A stretch of DNA of 58,285 nt, counting the filler, from Jimgerdemannia flammicorona (Eukaryota): the NCBI GenBank assembly GCA_003990765.1. It is 3 parts of 3 records of this genome, joined end to end, with 100 filler letters (N's around TTAATTAATTAA, not from the genome) between each part and the next. Parts side by side here need not be neighbours in the genome. Positions count along the whole stretch, not along the records: positions 38,930 to 58,285 come from RBNJ01001956.1; 2 more parts are not named here. The stretch is one strand, 5' to 3'. Shown here piece by piece: positions 40,171 through 52,399 of the stretch. The notes below the pieces were generated by a model. It had not been told where the DNA came from, made no database searches, and saw only the letters and a list, made by a program, of their open reading frames with translations. A program made the translations under genes and the position numbers. Numbering within the stretch: position 1 is the stretch's first letter; every line of letters begins with the position of its first letter.

Positions 40171-43000
40171 TCACTCAGTCGCGAGAGCAGGATCTTTGCG
40201 ATTACCGACAATAGCGACCAAATAGGCGGTCACATGGCGCCGCCTACGGCGTAATTCTTCGATCTCGGGACTCATCCAGTATTCCGCCAGCTGTCCTTTC
40301 TCTTGCTTAATCCACTCGCGTTTAGTGTCTCCAGGTTTATGGATCTTGTCGTAGAAGGGAAACGTGATATCGAGTATGGCATCCACATCTGACATGTTAT
40401 CAATTGCAATGCTTCTAGGAAATCTGGCGATTGCTCCGGACCAGGCGGCTGCGTGGCACGTTTAATGTTTATGAACTGGATCTTGACGACCTTGATTTTG
40501 AAAACTATCCCCCGGTCTGTGATCGGTACCTCGGCCACCATGTCGATCTGCCCACCTTTGCCTGACACCTACGGACAAGTAATAATTACGCTAGGCAATG
40601 GCGACATACATTCGTTGTTTCAAGAATCTCGTTTTGCTTGCCTTAGTAATAATATGCTCTATATAGATCCTCAGAGCCGGGTTCTTAATAATCGCAGAAT
40701 ACATACTGTCGCGGTGGTGTTCTTCTGATTTATTAAAGTCGTCCTTGCCAACGTCGCGCTGGCACATCATCCTCTGGTAGCAGGCTAAGAGCTCCGAGAT
40801 ATCTCCAGCTGATACGATTTTCTAAAGCGCGCTAGTGATATTACTTTCTTGTAGCTCAACACAGCTGCCCCGAGGCGTTGGACAGCGATAAGGTTCGTAA
40901 ATTGAAGTTGATTCTCGGGCATATCATCGGCATACGTCAGACCCCCGACATAGCGCATGTAGCTCAGCCACGCCGATGTGTTATCTCCGATGGTCATCTG
41001 TAGAATAAATGTGGCAGTAACAAAAAAAAAGCGACCGCTGCTGTTGCAAGGGAAGGGAACACAGTGTGTGCCCAAGTTCAAAACGTGGGTCCCATCCCAC
41101 GTCGGAGAAGCGGAACGGATCCACCAGCGTCTGATACTGGATCTTAGAGCGCGGCTTATTCTTATCCAATGTCAAATCGCGGGTCACCTCTTCAAGGATG
41201 CTGGTTGCGATAGGCGAGGTGGCGAGCAGCTGAAGCGTCCGCTCAGATACTTCCGAATTGGCTGAGTTGCTTGGCGTCGGAGGCGACTCTTTCTCGATCA
41301 AAGACTGGCACGACCAATGGCAGCGACGGTAAGAATAACAATGACAACGATAAGAACGCACCTAATAATGCCGAGGCGAAGATCTTATACCGCTGGCTGC
41401 TCACCTGAAGATATTTCAGGTGTGTGTTTGAAGACGCGTGGAATTCCAGTATTGGGGGAGAAACACTAGCCATTGAAGTAAAGTTCCATTTCGTCAAAGT
41501 GCTTCTTGACTTCTTCGTCGTTTAAGCCACAGACATTCAGAGCAGCGAGCACATTTTCACAGCTGAGACCACAGAGACCAGACAGGGATAGGTCGTTCGA
41601 GACATTCCTTGCAATGTTGAAGTCGTTGGTATGTAGGGTCATCGAGAGCGGCGTCACGCTCGTAATGAAGCACTTTGCGATTTGAAAAGTCAAGTTATCC
41701 TTCACGCAAGTCCAAAAGCACTTAAGCAGCAAGTGGTGGTTGTCATGAATATTTTTCCAGAAAATGACATGGTCATCGAGTCCCAGATATTCGTTGCTAA
41801 AGGTGTCGTACTCGTCGACCAGGAGATAGATCTGTGAGCAGAGCAAAATTTCTGGATGATCATGGTTAGCGGATGGTTGCTCTTTCACGCCTTCGAGTAT
41901 CTCTTGGACCAGAAGAATGTATTTTTCTCAAAGCTGGCGATGCTGTCATCCACAACACGCCTCTCGATCAGCTCCTTGCTCGTGCCCATCTCCAGATACT
42001 TTGCATTGGTTACGTAGAACCTTTCAACGGCGGTATTGATCATTCTGTTGAGTGAAGTTTCCGCAACCTTGAGGTCGTCGGAGCTGTTGACCAAGATGAG
42101 ATACTGGCCGGGGGTGAGATTGCCAGCCTTGACATCCTTCTCAACATCGAGGCCCTGCAAGCAGAGAGGTAAAATAAGTCGACAATGAGTGTGAAATAAA
42201 AACAGGTGGAAAGGAAATGCAATTGCCTCATACCCGGAAGAGCTCTTTATAGTTCTCCTTGTACTGCACCCCATGAAATGGGCCAGCATGCTGAGGGTCA
42301 GTGACTTGCCAAACCGGCGTGGTCTCAAGAAGAGCAACGCACTCTCTACAAAGAAATCGAGCGCCGGTATGTATTTCGTGATCAAAGGCATACTTGGCCC
42401 CCCAAAGTTGTGTCATTGACGGGGAAACCTCGAAACCCGTCCTTATTGAGCACCAGTGTGGTAGCTCTGTAATCGAGTGACACGATTTGTACTTTGTGGC
42501 TTCCTTTACAGCAGGCTCTACCACTGTGAGGAACGAGTCAGTTTGAAAGAGGAGATTGAACAGTTGAGAAATGGTGTGCGATAATAATGAAATAGCTTCG
42601 AGGGAGCCGCATAGCAAAAACAACGACTTGCGGTTTTGGTCACTCACTAAAAGGCGGCTGGCCGATGACGTGAACTTGCTCTTTGGAAGGGTTTTCGGAG
42701 AAATAACTTGACAATCGTTTTGTTAGGGACAACTGTCGAATGCCCATTGCTTCGTATCTTCAAGCACGAGCTGTTCGAGCGTATTATCGGCATTGTTGAC
42801 AAGTGGAATGGAAACACTCCAGAGCGTGAGTTTGGCGATATTGATATCTTTGAAACTGGGGCTCTCCTGCTTAATCAGCTTCTTGTGGGATCCAACCTTT
42901 CTGGACCCGGCGATCGCGATGGGAAAAATGCGCATGGCGGCAGGGGCGTCGCCGAGGACTAGGCAGTTAAATTCGGTGTCGTATTTTTTCTTTAAAATGT
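40171..43000 (-). pseudogene. Crinkler (CRN) N-terminal domain plus AAA-ATPase-like domain plus PD-(D/E)XK-like C-terminus, frameshifted
   Basis: FNCLVLGD...IFPIAI...VGSHKKLIK...LTLWSVSIP and EQVHVIGQPP indicate the CRN header. FLRPRRFGKSLTLSML (Walker A) and LLVDEYD (Walker B) indicate the ATPase. GQIDMV marks the nuclease-like part. There are frameshifts near 42730 and 42380 and no clear ATG. Confidence 0.85.
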
Positions 43001-43758
43001 ATGATCGCGTTTGATTGTGCTAAAGCGGGAAAAGCGTGTGCGTTCTGGCAAGAGGGTGTTTGACGAACGGTGTTGGGATTACACTCTAAAGAGAATGAGC
43101 ACCGGCAAAATGAGTGATACAACCCGCTCGAGTAAAGGGCACAGGTTTGGTGTTGAGTTTGATCTGAGGCCGAAACCGATGAGTGGAGGAGAAGGAACTG
43201 ATCATGGATGTGTTTAAAGCTAACATATGACGCATTACGCCCGCACAAAATTGTCTTGTAATTAGTGAAAAGTGCGTCACAATATCAGCATTTTGCATCA
43301 TAAATTATCTCATCCCAATTAATTACGTCATCTTGGGTTTGTTACAACTATATAAATTACACATTAAATAATTGAATATATAAACTATACTAATAATAAA
43401 TATTATTTACTTATAAATATTAATACTTGAGAAATTAATATAATTATTATAATTAATATAGTAAATTGTTATAATAAATTTTTAATTACTAATATATTAA
43501 CTTTAAATTATCACTATTATTAATTAGATATAATTATTAATTAAAATATAAAACAGATAGATATTAAAAATAGTATATTTTATTTATAAACTTTATAAAT
43601 TTAGATTTATAAAATTCTATTTATCTATAATATCTTAGCTAATTTATATACTTTCTTATTTATTTATATTTTTAGCTATATATTATAAATAATCAATCGT
43701 AATATATATTTTAGTAATATAAACTATTTTATAATTAGAAATATATTTTGTTATATGT

Positions 43759-43789
<31 letters not shown>

Positions 43790-43842
43790 CACCTTATTAA
43801 TTATATATATATTAAAAGCTCCTAGAAAAACTAAATACTCTT

Positions 43843-44156
43843 TAGTACTTCCAAATGAATTAAATTAATTTGAATTAAATTGAATTGGGGTTAATTCAAA
43901 TTGAATCAAATTGCATTTAATATAATTTGAAATTAAGAGTCAAACTTTAAAATGCAATAATTTAACCAAAATATAAAATTGATGATCTTTATTGTGCCAG
44001 ATTTCCTTAGATAAGGCGAATCTAACAAGATAAATTTCATCAAATTTGGATATATTTTTTTATTGAGTTATTGAATTTTTAAAATTAAGGTTTGAATCAA
44101 AATTCAAATCAAATTGGACCTCAATTTGATTCGAATCGAATTGAATTGGAACATTG
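43843..44156. mobile_element. Possible MITE relic
   Basis: Imperfect inverted ends built of AATTC/GAATT pentamers (TTCCAA... and ...TTGGAA). An internal palindrome AGATTTCCTTA-GA-TAAGGCGAATCT lies at 43999-44023. Confidence 0.35.
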
Positions 44157-44949
44157 TATCCAAACATAAAGTCTACCATTATATGCCCGCGTGCAGTAGT
44201 AATTATTATTATTATTATCTCGTCGGTGGTGTCCGTTGCATACATATATCGACGTGTAGATCGTTCGCGTAACTGCCCATTTTTGGAAATCTGCAGCTGG
44301 CTTATTATAGAATAATATACACCTACGTCCTCCGCTTGCATCCACGGCTTTTCTTCTCGACCTCGTCAATAAGTCTCAGTTATAAAGTGCTGGCCTGTGT
44401 GAATTAAAGCGACGCCAATCGTTGCCAAATACTCACATGTTCGATTCGCTAGGGGTGCTGGGATTCGCTTCGACTTGGGCCAGCGATTTATTTGGGCATC
44501 CAGTTCTGGTCTTTTACCGAGATTTTTGGTGCACGAGCACCAAACAAGGATTTGACAAGCATGACAAATGTCAATCAAATTAATCAAATTGTCATAGATG
44601 CGGTAGATGTCTTTTTGATTGTGATGTTTAAGGAAGTTTCGTGTGGTTCAAAACAGATTCCCACGGCAGGAATGTACAAACGTCCCCTGTCTCGGAAATT
44701 ACCTGTTCTTGAAATTGACACCCACGTGCGAATACTAGATATATCATGACATCCTGACATTGCCAGTTCTGTTAAATAGCCGCTCGCGTCTCCCCGCTCC
44801 CTTCACTCACCAACCGCTGATAAAATTTCCACTGGGAACCCCTGGAATCGGAAAACTGGGCCCTCGAACTGTTCGCCCAAGACCGTGTCAACAGCCCAAC
44901 GTCCTTCCCCTGGACGATGGCCCGATGCTTTACTACAATTTGATATTGA

Positions 44950-47300
44950 ACTAGTATGTCTCAACACTCCCAATGAACATGGTGCAACTGAATAACCCAC
45001 AAGGGATATCATTAACCTCACCGGTCCCTCAACAATCCGGACGACGGGACCATTGTCCGCGATGGAACGACGGGAAGCCTTCTGTTGGGAAGGGAAACCG
45101 ATCAACGGTGACAACTACGAGCATCGCATCGAGGTCACCGACTCAACTGGGGCAACGGAAACGATCAGAAGAAGCAGCTCCTCGTATCCTAAAGCTCCTC
45201 ACCAGTCATAGGTACCACTTTACCTTCGGCATGACAAAGGTTAATAACCAGATGCAGTTTCACCCAGATTCTGAGCCAACAATAGAACATACATCCTTAC
45301 CCACGTAATGTTCGGTGACGCCATGGCTGTAGGGGCATTCCAACGCTATATGGACTGCACGTTTTACGACTTCCGACACCACACAAGAACATGATGAGCC
45401 AATAATGAAAATACTCAACCGTGTCATCGAGGTCCACCTCTTATTCAAACACGCCAAGACACGCTTCAGATGAACGAAAATAGCCACTTGGTCCACCGCA
45501 ACGGGCTGGGCCCCCTCGAGAAGAACACCAAGAAGGACCTGGATGGAACCTCCATCCCACAAGCTCAGGGAAAACATGCAACGATTCATTAGCCTTGTGC
45601 AGTGCTTCAGGAGATTCATCCCTATCTTCTCGCGGACCCTGAAGCCACTCAGACGATACCCTATATACCGCAATGGGCCAAGGAATTGGTTCGAACCACG
45701 ACCACCAAACCACTGAAGAAAAGAGAAATGGTCTACATATTCACCGGGGCTTCCAGGACTGGCCTCGGATGTGCCGCACTTACTAGAGTCGACCCATCTA
45801 CAAGATCCAAGAAAGCCGATAACTCCAACAAGGTCAGACCAGATACACGGTTTCAAGTTAGAGTATCTCTATTTGCGGAAAACCCTTTCGATTCATTTTA
45901 GAAGTCGACCCGGACGTTATCGTTGATGCAACTCTATATGAAACCTGGTGATCGTTTGGAGAAGATATCACCGAACAAATGCTTTGCACCCATCTATCGG
46001 CGACCTGTCCATCTAGCTGGCGTTTAATGAAGGATCGCGCAACATTGTTGCGGATACTTTCAGCCGGCGTTACAACGTAGGACCGCCGTTAGATCATCCA
46101 ACCAGTACGCCTAGCCATCGCAACACGATTTAGAGGAGCGGCCACCTCATGGTAGGCGGCCTCATTGTAGTCCAACCTACCAGAAAGCGAAAGGCTGTAT
46201 ACTTGACAATGATACAGAAATGAAGTCGAATCGCTGTACATCAACGAGAGCAGGAGACGGTCGTCCTAATTCGAAGTCGACGCTCTTAACTAGGCTCGCT
46301 CATCATAGCAGGAAGATACGGGTTCATCAACACCAACAATTTCTTCTGCTGTCCACACTGCCATTGGAGCTCTAGACGTATCAATGATAAACCGAATAGG
46401 GTTAATGGATCAGTTTTGCGACATTAACCAGATCCTCATTACTGGAGGTCAAGGGGCGATTTCCCCGAGTCAAGACGGTTCTGTCATGGGTAATGTTCGG
46501 TGACGTCATAGCTGTAGGGGCATTCCAACACTGCACGTTCTACGGATGCAGCTGTATCTGGACGACGCCACCGGTTACGGCAACACGATACAAGACCACA
46601 ATGAACGGGTAATGAAAATACTCAACCGAGCCATCGATGTCCATTCCTTATTCAAACCCGCCAAGACAAGCTTCAGATGAAGGAAAATACCGGCCCAGCT
46701 GAAGCGCCTCGAGAAAAATACCAACAGGCGAACCTAAGGAACCTCCGCCCCCACAAGCTCAGGGAAACGTGCAATGATTCATTGGCCTTTTGCAATGCTT
46801 CAGGAGGTTCATCCCTAACTGCTCGTGGATCTTGAAGCGCCTCAGATGATAAACAAATAATGGCCATATATATACCCCAATGGGACAAGCAGAAATCGGA
46901 GGAGTTCAACAACGCAAGAGAGCAATTGGCTCGAGCCACGACCGCCAAACCACTGAAGAGAGGAGAAATGATCGAAATTTCCAGGACTGGCCTCGGATGT
47001 GCCGTATTCACTGGGACCGACCCATCTACAAGGCCCCAAGAAATCCATTCAGGTCGCATATCACTCAAAGAAGTTCAGACCTCAGAGTTAAAGCATCGCT
47101 ATTTTGCGGAAATACCTTTCGATAGTCGTCCCGGACGTTATCGTCAACGGAGCCCAACAGAAAGGGCGACACCCGGCTTACATCGCGCCCTTGCCAATCT
47201 GTGGCGATACCGCCGAGCAAACTTGCAGCATAGATTGCATCTATTAGCGGCCTGCCCATCAAGCTGGCGTACTATGAAGGATCGTGCATTAAGGAATAAA
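44950..47300 (+). mobile_element. Ancient LTR-retroelement pol relic (RT-connection-RNase H), present twice in tandem
   Basis: NQMQFHPDS, AVGAFQ, LYLDDATGYGNTIQDHNERVMKILNR (46553), FIGLLQCFRRFIPN, WDKQKSEEFNNAREQL and IFTGASRTGLGCAAL. The segment starting TAATGTTCGGTGACG occurs at 45306 and 46491. Confidence 0.7.
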
Positions 47301-47448
47301 GGACATTACGGTTATGGGCCGACCGCTAACTACAAGTCAAGGAGCAATAAGAGCACACTCCAAGGATGAAAATTATATGATGAAAGGTACTACGCCAGCC
47401 TTTGCCCCATCGACAAAGAGAACCACTGACGACATTGATATAAGTCGC

Positions 47449-48088
47449 ATCGATTTCGGCTCGTCATAGACAAAACATATGGCACCTTGATTTCGACTCG
47501 TCATAGACGAAACATTTGGCACCTCGATTTCGGCTCATAGGCATGACATATGGCACCTAGATCTCGGCTCGTCATAGACACAACATATGGCACCTAGATC
47601 TCCGATTTCGGCTCGTCATAGAGACAACATATGGCACCTCGATTTCGGCTCGTAATAGACAAAACATATGGCGCCTCGATTTCGGCTCGTCATAGAGACA
47701 ACATATGGCACCTCGATTTCGGCTCTTAATAGACAAAACATATGGCGCCTCGATTTCGGCTCGTCATAGAGACAACATATGGCACCTCGACTTCGGCTCG
47801 TAGACAATATATATGGTACCTCGACTTCGGCTCGTAATAGACAAAACATATGGTGCCTCGATTTCGGCTCGTCATAGAGATAACACATGGCACCTCGATT
47901 TCGGCTCGTAATAGACAAAACATATAGTGCCTCGATTTCGGCTCGTCATAGAGATAACACATGGCACCTCGATTTCGGCTCGCAATAGACAAAACATATG
48001 GAGCCTCGATTCCAGCTCGTCATAGACAAAACTTATGATACCTTGATTTTGACTCATCATATCCAAAGTATGGAGCACCTCGATTTCA
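47449..48088. repeat. 37-bp tandem repeat array (~17 units) with alternating variants
   Basis: Consensus TCGATTTCGGCTCGTCATAGACAAAACATATGGCACC. Central units alternate GTAATAGACAAAAC and GTCATAGAGAYAAC. There are no unique spacers. Confidence 0.95.
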
Positions 48089-49039
48089 GAAAAATCATGT
48101 ATAAGACCTTGCCTCTTTCTCCCAAGAAAATAAAAATTAGTTATTTACATAAAAAAAATAATTATAATGACAACAGCTGAAGTTAAACTATTTAGAATGT
48201 TGCTACACAATTTAGCCTTGACCTGACTCTTGCCATCAACATAATCTTGGCTCTTCTTCTTCATTGCTTTGAACATTGTCTTTATTGATTTTATTATTAT
48301 TATATATATATAAATTATCTCTCTAATAGTATTAATATAGTAACCTTAGTCTCTTGATAAAATCTTTATATTTAGCTTTAAAATACTTAAATATATTCTC
48401 TCTATTATTATTAATATTATAATTTCGTTTTTAAGCTTAATATATATTTAATTTAGAAATAACTCACTCTTAAAAATAATTATTTTAATACTTTATTTTA
48501 ATTCTTCTATTTTTTTTATAATTATTTAATTTAATTTAATTTACTGTTATAATTACTGCTGTTATCTCTATAGCTATTACTATTAATTATACTGTTTTGT
48601 TTATTTATACTATTATTTGTCTATTTAAAATATATCCATATCACCTAATATTTATTTACTATAGTGATTGATCACTCGTTGCAGCTAAAACTGTCTAATG
48701 ATGTTAGCGCCTCGTGACGTATTCAAATGATGTCCAATTGATAATACATATAACGCATTGTGATTGTTAGTGACGCGGGCAACTTCGTATAAACCACAAA
48801 AGGATTATCAGGGGAAAAAAAAAAAAAAAAAAGAGGTTGATAAAGAGCTTATAACAAAAATATTCTGACCAATTTTAAGAATTCTAATATTGAAGTTACA
48901 GAGAATTCTCAGTAGTGGGTCTAAGGATAGCAGCAGTACAGTATATAGAGATACCACTCTTAGAGTTTACTTTTGTATAGATATCTTTGCTCAATATAAG
49001 AGAGCTATCATTTAGTACCAGATATATAATGATAGCTAT

Positions 49040-49376
49040 ATTCATATATTTACCCTCTGGTTGTATATTCATTGTGGGCCTAGGCTTTGGTGTTCCACTA
49101 TCTATATCCTTGCTCTTCACATCTGGACCAAGTTCTCCTGTAATCAATACCCCTTGTTTCTCTTATAGAAGCTCTATTGTTATCAATCTGACAACATAGA
49201 ACTCACGAGTACTATCGAGATTTCTTGCTTTGACGTCCGCCCAGAAATAGGCTACGAGTGACCTCACAACCTCGATGTGCCCGTTCTGCATAGCTAGGTG
49301 AAGTGGCGTCCATCCGTGGTTGTCTTGGGCTTGGTGTCTGTCCCGAACTCGGTCACGAGCAATCTCACAATCTCGT
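49040..49376 (-). pseudogene. Ankyrin-repeat gene fragment
   Basis: EIVRLLVTEFGTD, a frameshift, then QDNHGWTPLHLAMQNGHIEVVRSLV...ADVKARN. A further degenerate repeat (GPDVKSKDIDSGTP) follows downstream. Confidence 0.8.
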
Positions 49377-49539
49377 ATTACTACTAAGGTTATTTATCTT
49401 TTGTTATATATTAAATATATATTAATAAATTATTATTTCTATTTATATATACATTATTATCTCAGACTTATTTAATAATTTTTATAATAAGATATTTTAG
49501 TATGTTATATATATTACTATTTGTAATAATATTTTTTTA

Positions 49540-51770
49540 AAAAATATATATAAGAGATTGTATTATATGTGTTCTCAAATCCAAGAAGTATAAGCCAACC
49601 ATTCCAGAATGATGAGATGAAGAAATTAAGTATATCAATAATGAAGATAGAGATATATAAGATTGGAAAGAAGAAGCCTCTACAGAAACTGATTACTGTC
49701 TGATAAGAAGATAACTCTGAATATATCCACCTATAAGAGAAAATCAAAGAAAACCCTATTGAAGTTCTCATTAACAGTAGAGCAAGCAAGTACTATCTTG
49801 ACAAGAAGACTACTGACAAGTTTAGACTCAAGATACAAATAAACCTAGAAGGAAATATTATTATATTTAGAAATAGAACAACTTAGAAACTCTCTAAAAT
49901 CTATAAAAATATACTTCTATAACTAGGAGACTATATTATAAAGCAGGTCTTCTATATTATATATCTCTCAGAACACAATCTCATTCTTAGAAAATTCTGA
50001 CTCACTTAAGAAAATCTATACATTGACTAATAAACTAATATAATCTTTTTAGGACATATTAAGCTATAGCCAGAACAGGCTAAGAAGAAAGCAAAACTTA
50101 AGTGTGATATATATTATCTCTACTATCTAAATAAAAAAGCTAATTCAGAAACCAGAGCAGTATATCTATATTATATATACTATTAAGAAGCTATTAGCAG
50201 AAGATAATAATAATAATGATCTTTCTGAACTATTGAAGGATAAAGATAATGAAAAAAAAAGTCTTTAAGAACTACTCAAAGACTATGAAGATGTCTTTCA
50301 AGAACCTCAAAGACTACTACTTATCTGAGCAGTAAAATATAGTATTAAAACTACTTCAGAAGTAGATTCTCCCTACTGTAGAATCTATTGACTAGTTTAG
50401 TCTGAGCTGGAGACTCTCAAAGAATAGCTAGCAGACCTATTAAACAAAGATCTTATATATCTATCAAAATTACTATATAGTATATCAATTCTCTTCATTT
50501 ACATATAAGAAGGATTGTAGTCTCTATATATATATTAATTACTGAGTACTCAATAATATATATATTTATTAAGAACTGATATATACTATTACAAATTAAT
50601 AAACTACTTAATTAAGTATATAATACTAAGATTTTTTTACTTATTAATCTTATATCTAAATATCACTAAATTCATATCAAGAAAGAAGACATCTCAAAGA
50701 CAGTATTTTGAATAGAATTTAGATATTACAAATTCTGTATAATATCTTTCAAACTCACTAATATACTAGTAATCTTTCAGATACTGATAAATAATATATT
50801 TCAGAGTATTTATTTAGTATACTTAAATAATATCCTAGTATATAGTAAAGTAGCACTATATACTATTAATATCTATAGATAGTTTTTAACATACTCTGAG
50901 AATATAAACTCTTAGTAAAAAGAAAGAAGTACTACTTCTTTAAGAAGGAAATCAAATATCTAGAATATATTATCTCAGTAAATAGTATTACTATTAATCC
51001 TAAAAAAACTAAAGTAATCTGTAACTGATCTATTCTAAAGATCCTTATGTCTTTATGAGAATTCAATAAATTAGCTAGATACTATTGAAGATTTATTCAA
51101 AAATTCTCAGTAACTACTCTCTTACTTACAAACTTTTATAAAAAGAAAACCAATATTGAAAAAGAATAGACAGAAAAATATACTATAGCAATGAATATTC
51201 TCAAGAAAATACTGACTAATATATCTATCCTGATCAGCCCAGACTACAGAACCTTTTACTATTATTACAGATGGCTTAAATATCACCATTGGAGCTATAT
51301 TGACTCAGTATAAATATCTAGTTATATATCTATCTCAGAAGCTGAATTAGTATAAAAAGAATTATATAATATAAGATAAGGAACTCCTTACTGTTATCTG
51401 ATCTCTATAATTATAGAGATATTTTCTCTTTAATAAGAAATTTATCTTATAGATAAATTATTAAGCTCTATAATATATTTAGACATAACTAATCTATATT
51501 GAAAAATAAGTATAATAGATACAGATTCTTATATTCTTCAATATTGAAATTAAGTACATTACTGATATTAAGAATAAAGTAGTCAATATACTTTTTCAAA
51601 GTACTCAGAAGAATAATTTTATAGTAATTAGTAATATCATTACTAGCCTATTCAAAGAAGTCAAAAAAGAGTATATTAAAGATACTAATATATAAGAAAT
51701 TGTCAAACAAATTCTTAAAGAAGGAAGCAATATTATAAAGAAGATATATAAGAATATTTCTATTCATATA
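49540..51770 (+). mobile_element. Extremely mutated Ty3/gypsy pol (protease, RT, RNase H)
   Basis: LINSRAS (from LIDSGAS, ~49768), ISFKLTNILVIFQ (from MPFGLTNAPATFQ, ~50740), YLNNILVYS (from YLDDILVYS), IKYLEYIIS and TDGLNITIGAIL. Confidence 0.85.
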
Positions 51771-52399
51771 ATTGTTTCAGTTTCTTAATGAGAAAGTGGC
51801 TAAGTTCTGGTATTCTTGTAGGTCTAAAGTAGCTCAAAGAGATATTTATAGGTTTTAGAATTCTTGAAGAAATTCTAGAAGAAAATATTCTGCACTTTAT
51901 TCAAGTAGAGAATAAGAATATTTATATAAGATCTAAAAGAAAGATCTGGAGGAATCTGAGAAAAGAAGAGAAAAGCCAAGAAATAGGTCTTAGCAAAGAT
52001 GATTAATAATATTCTACAATGTTCCAAAAGGTTCTATAACTAGCTAAGATAAGAAACTTAGTACTGAGAAAAGACAAGAATGTTCTAGTGAAGTCTTGGT
52101 ACCCAGAGAAGATTTCTAGGCATTTGGAAAGTACTGGAACATAGTAGAATATATAAGAAAAGATAAGAAAAGACTAGCAAAAAGATATGAAAAAGTACTA
52201 AAACTAGAAAAAAGACTGTGAAACCATTATATCTCTCTCTTCTTAAGAATCAACATCTTCATTGAGTTTTTAGGTAATATAAAACTAAATATACTAAACC
52301 AAAATTTCTCAAACTTATATTAGTGTATTAGTGAGGACTGATCATCTTTATATAGAGTAAAGGATCTATTACTAGACTTACCAACTGGGAGAGATTTGG

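Noticed and set aside
47449..48088. CRISPR array
   Set aside because: The units are contiguous with no unique spacers, there are no cas genes, and the context is eukaryotic. The ORFs across it are repeat artefacts.
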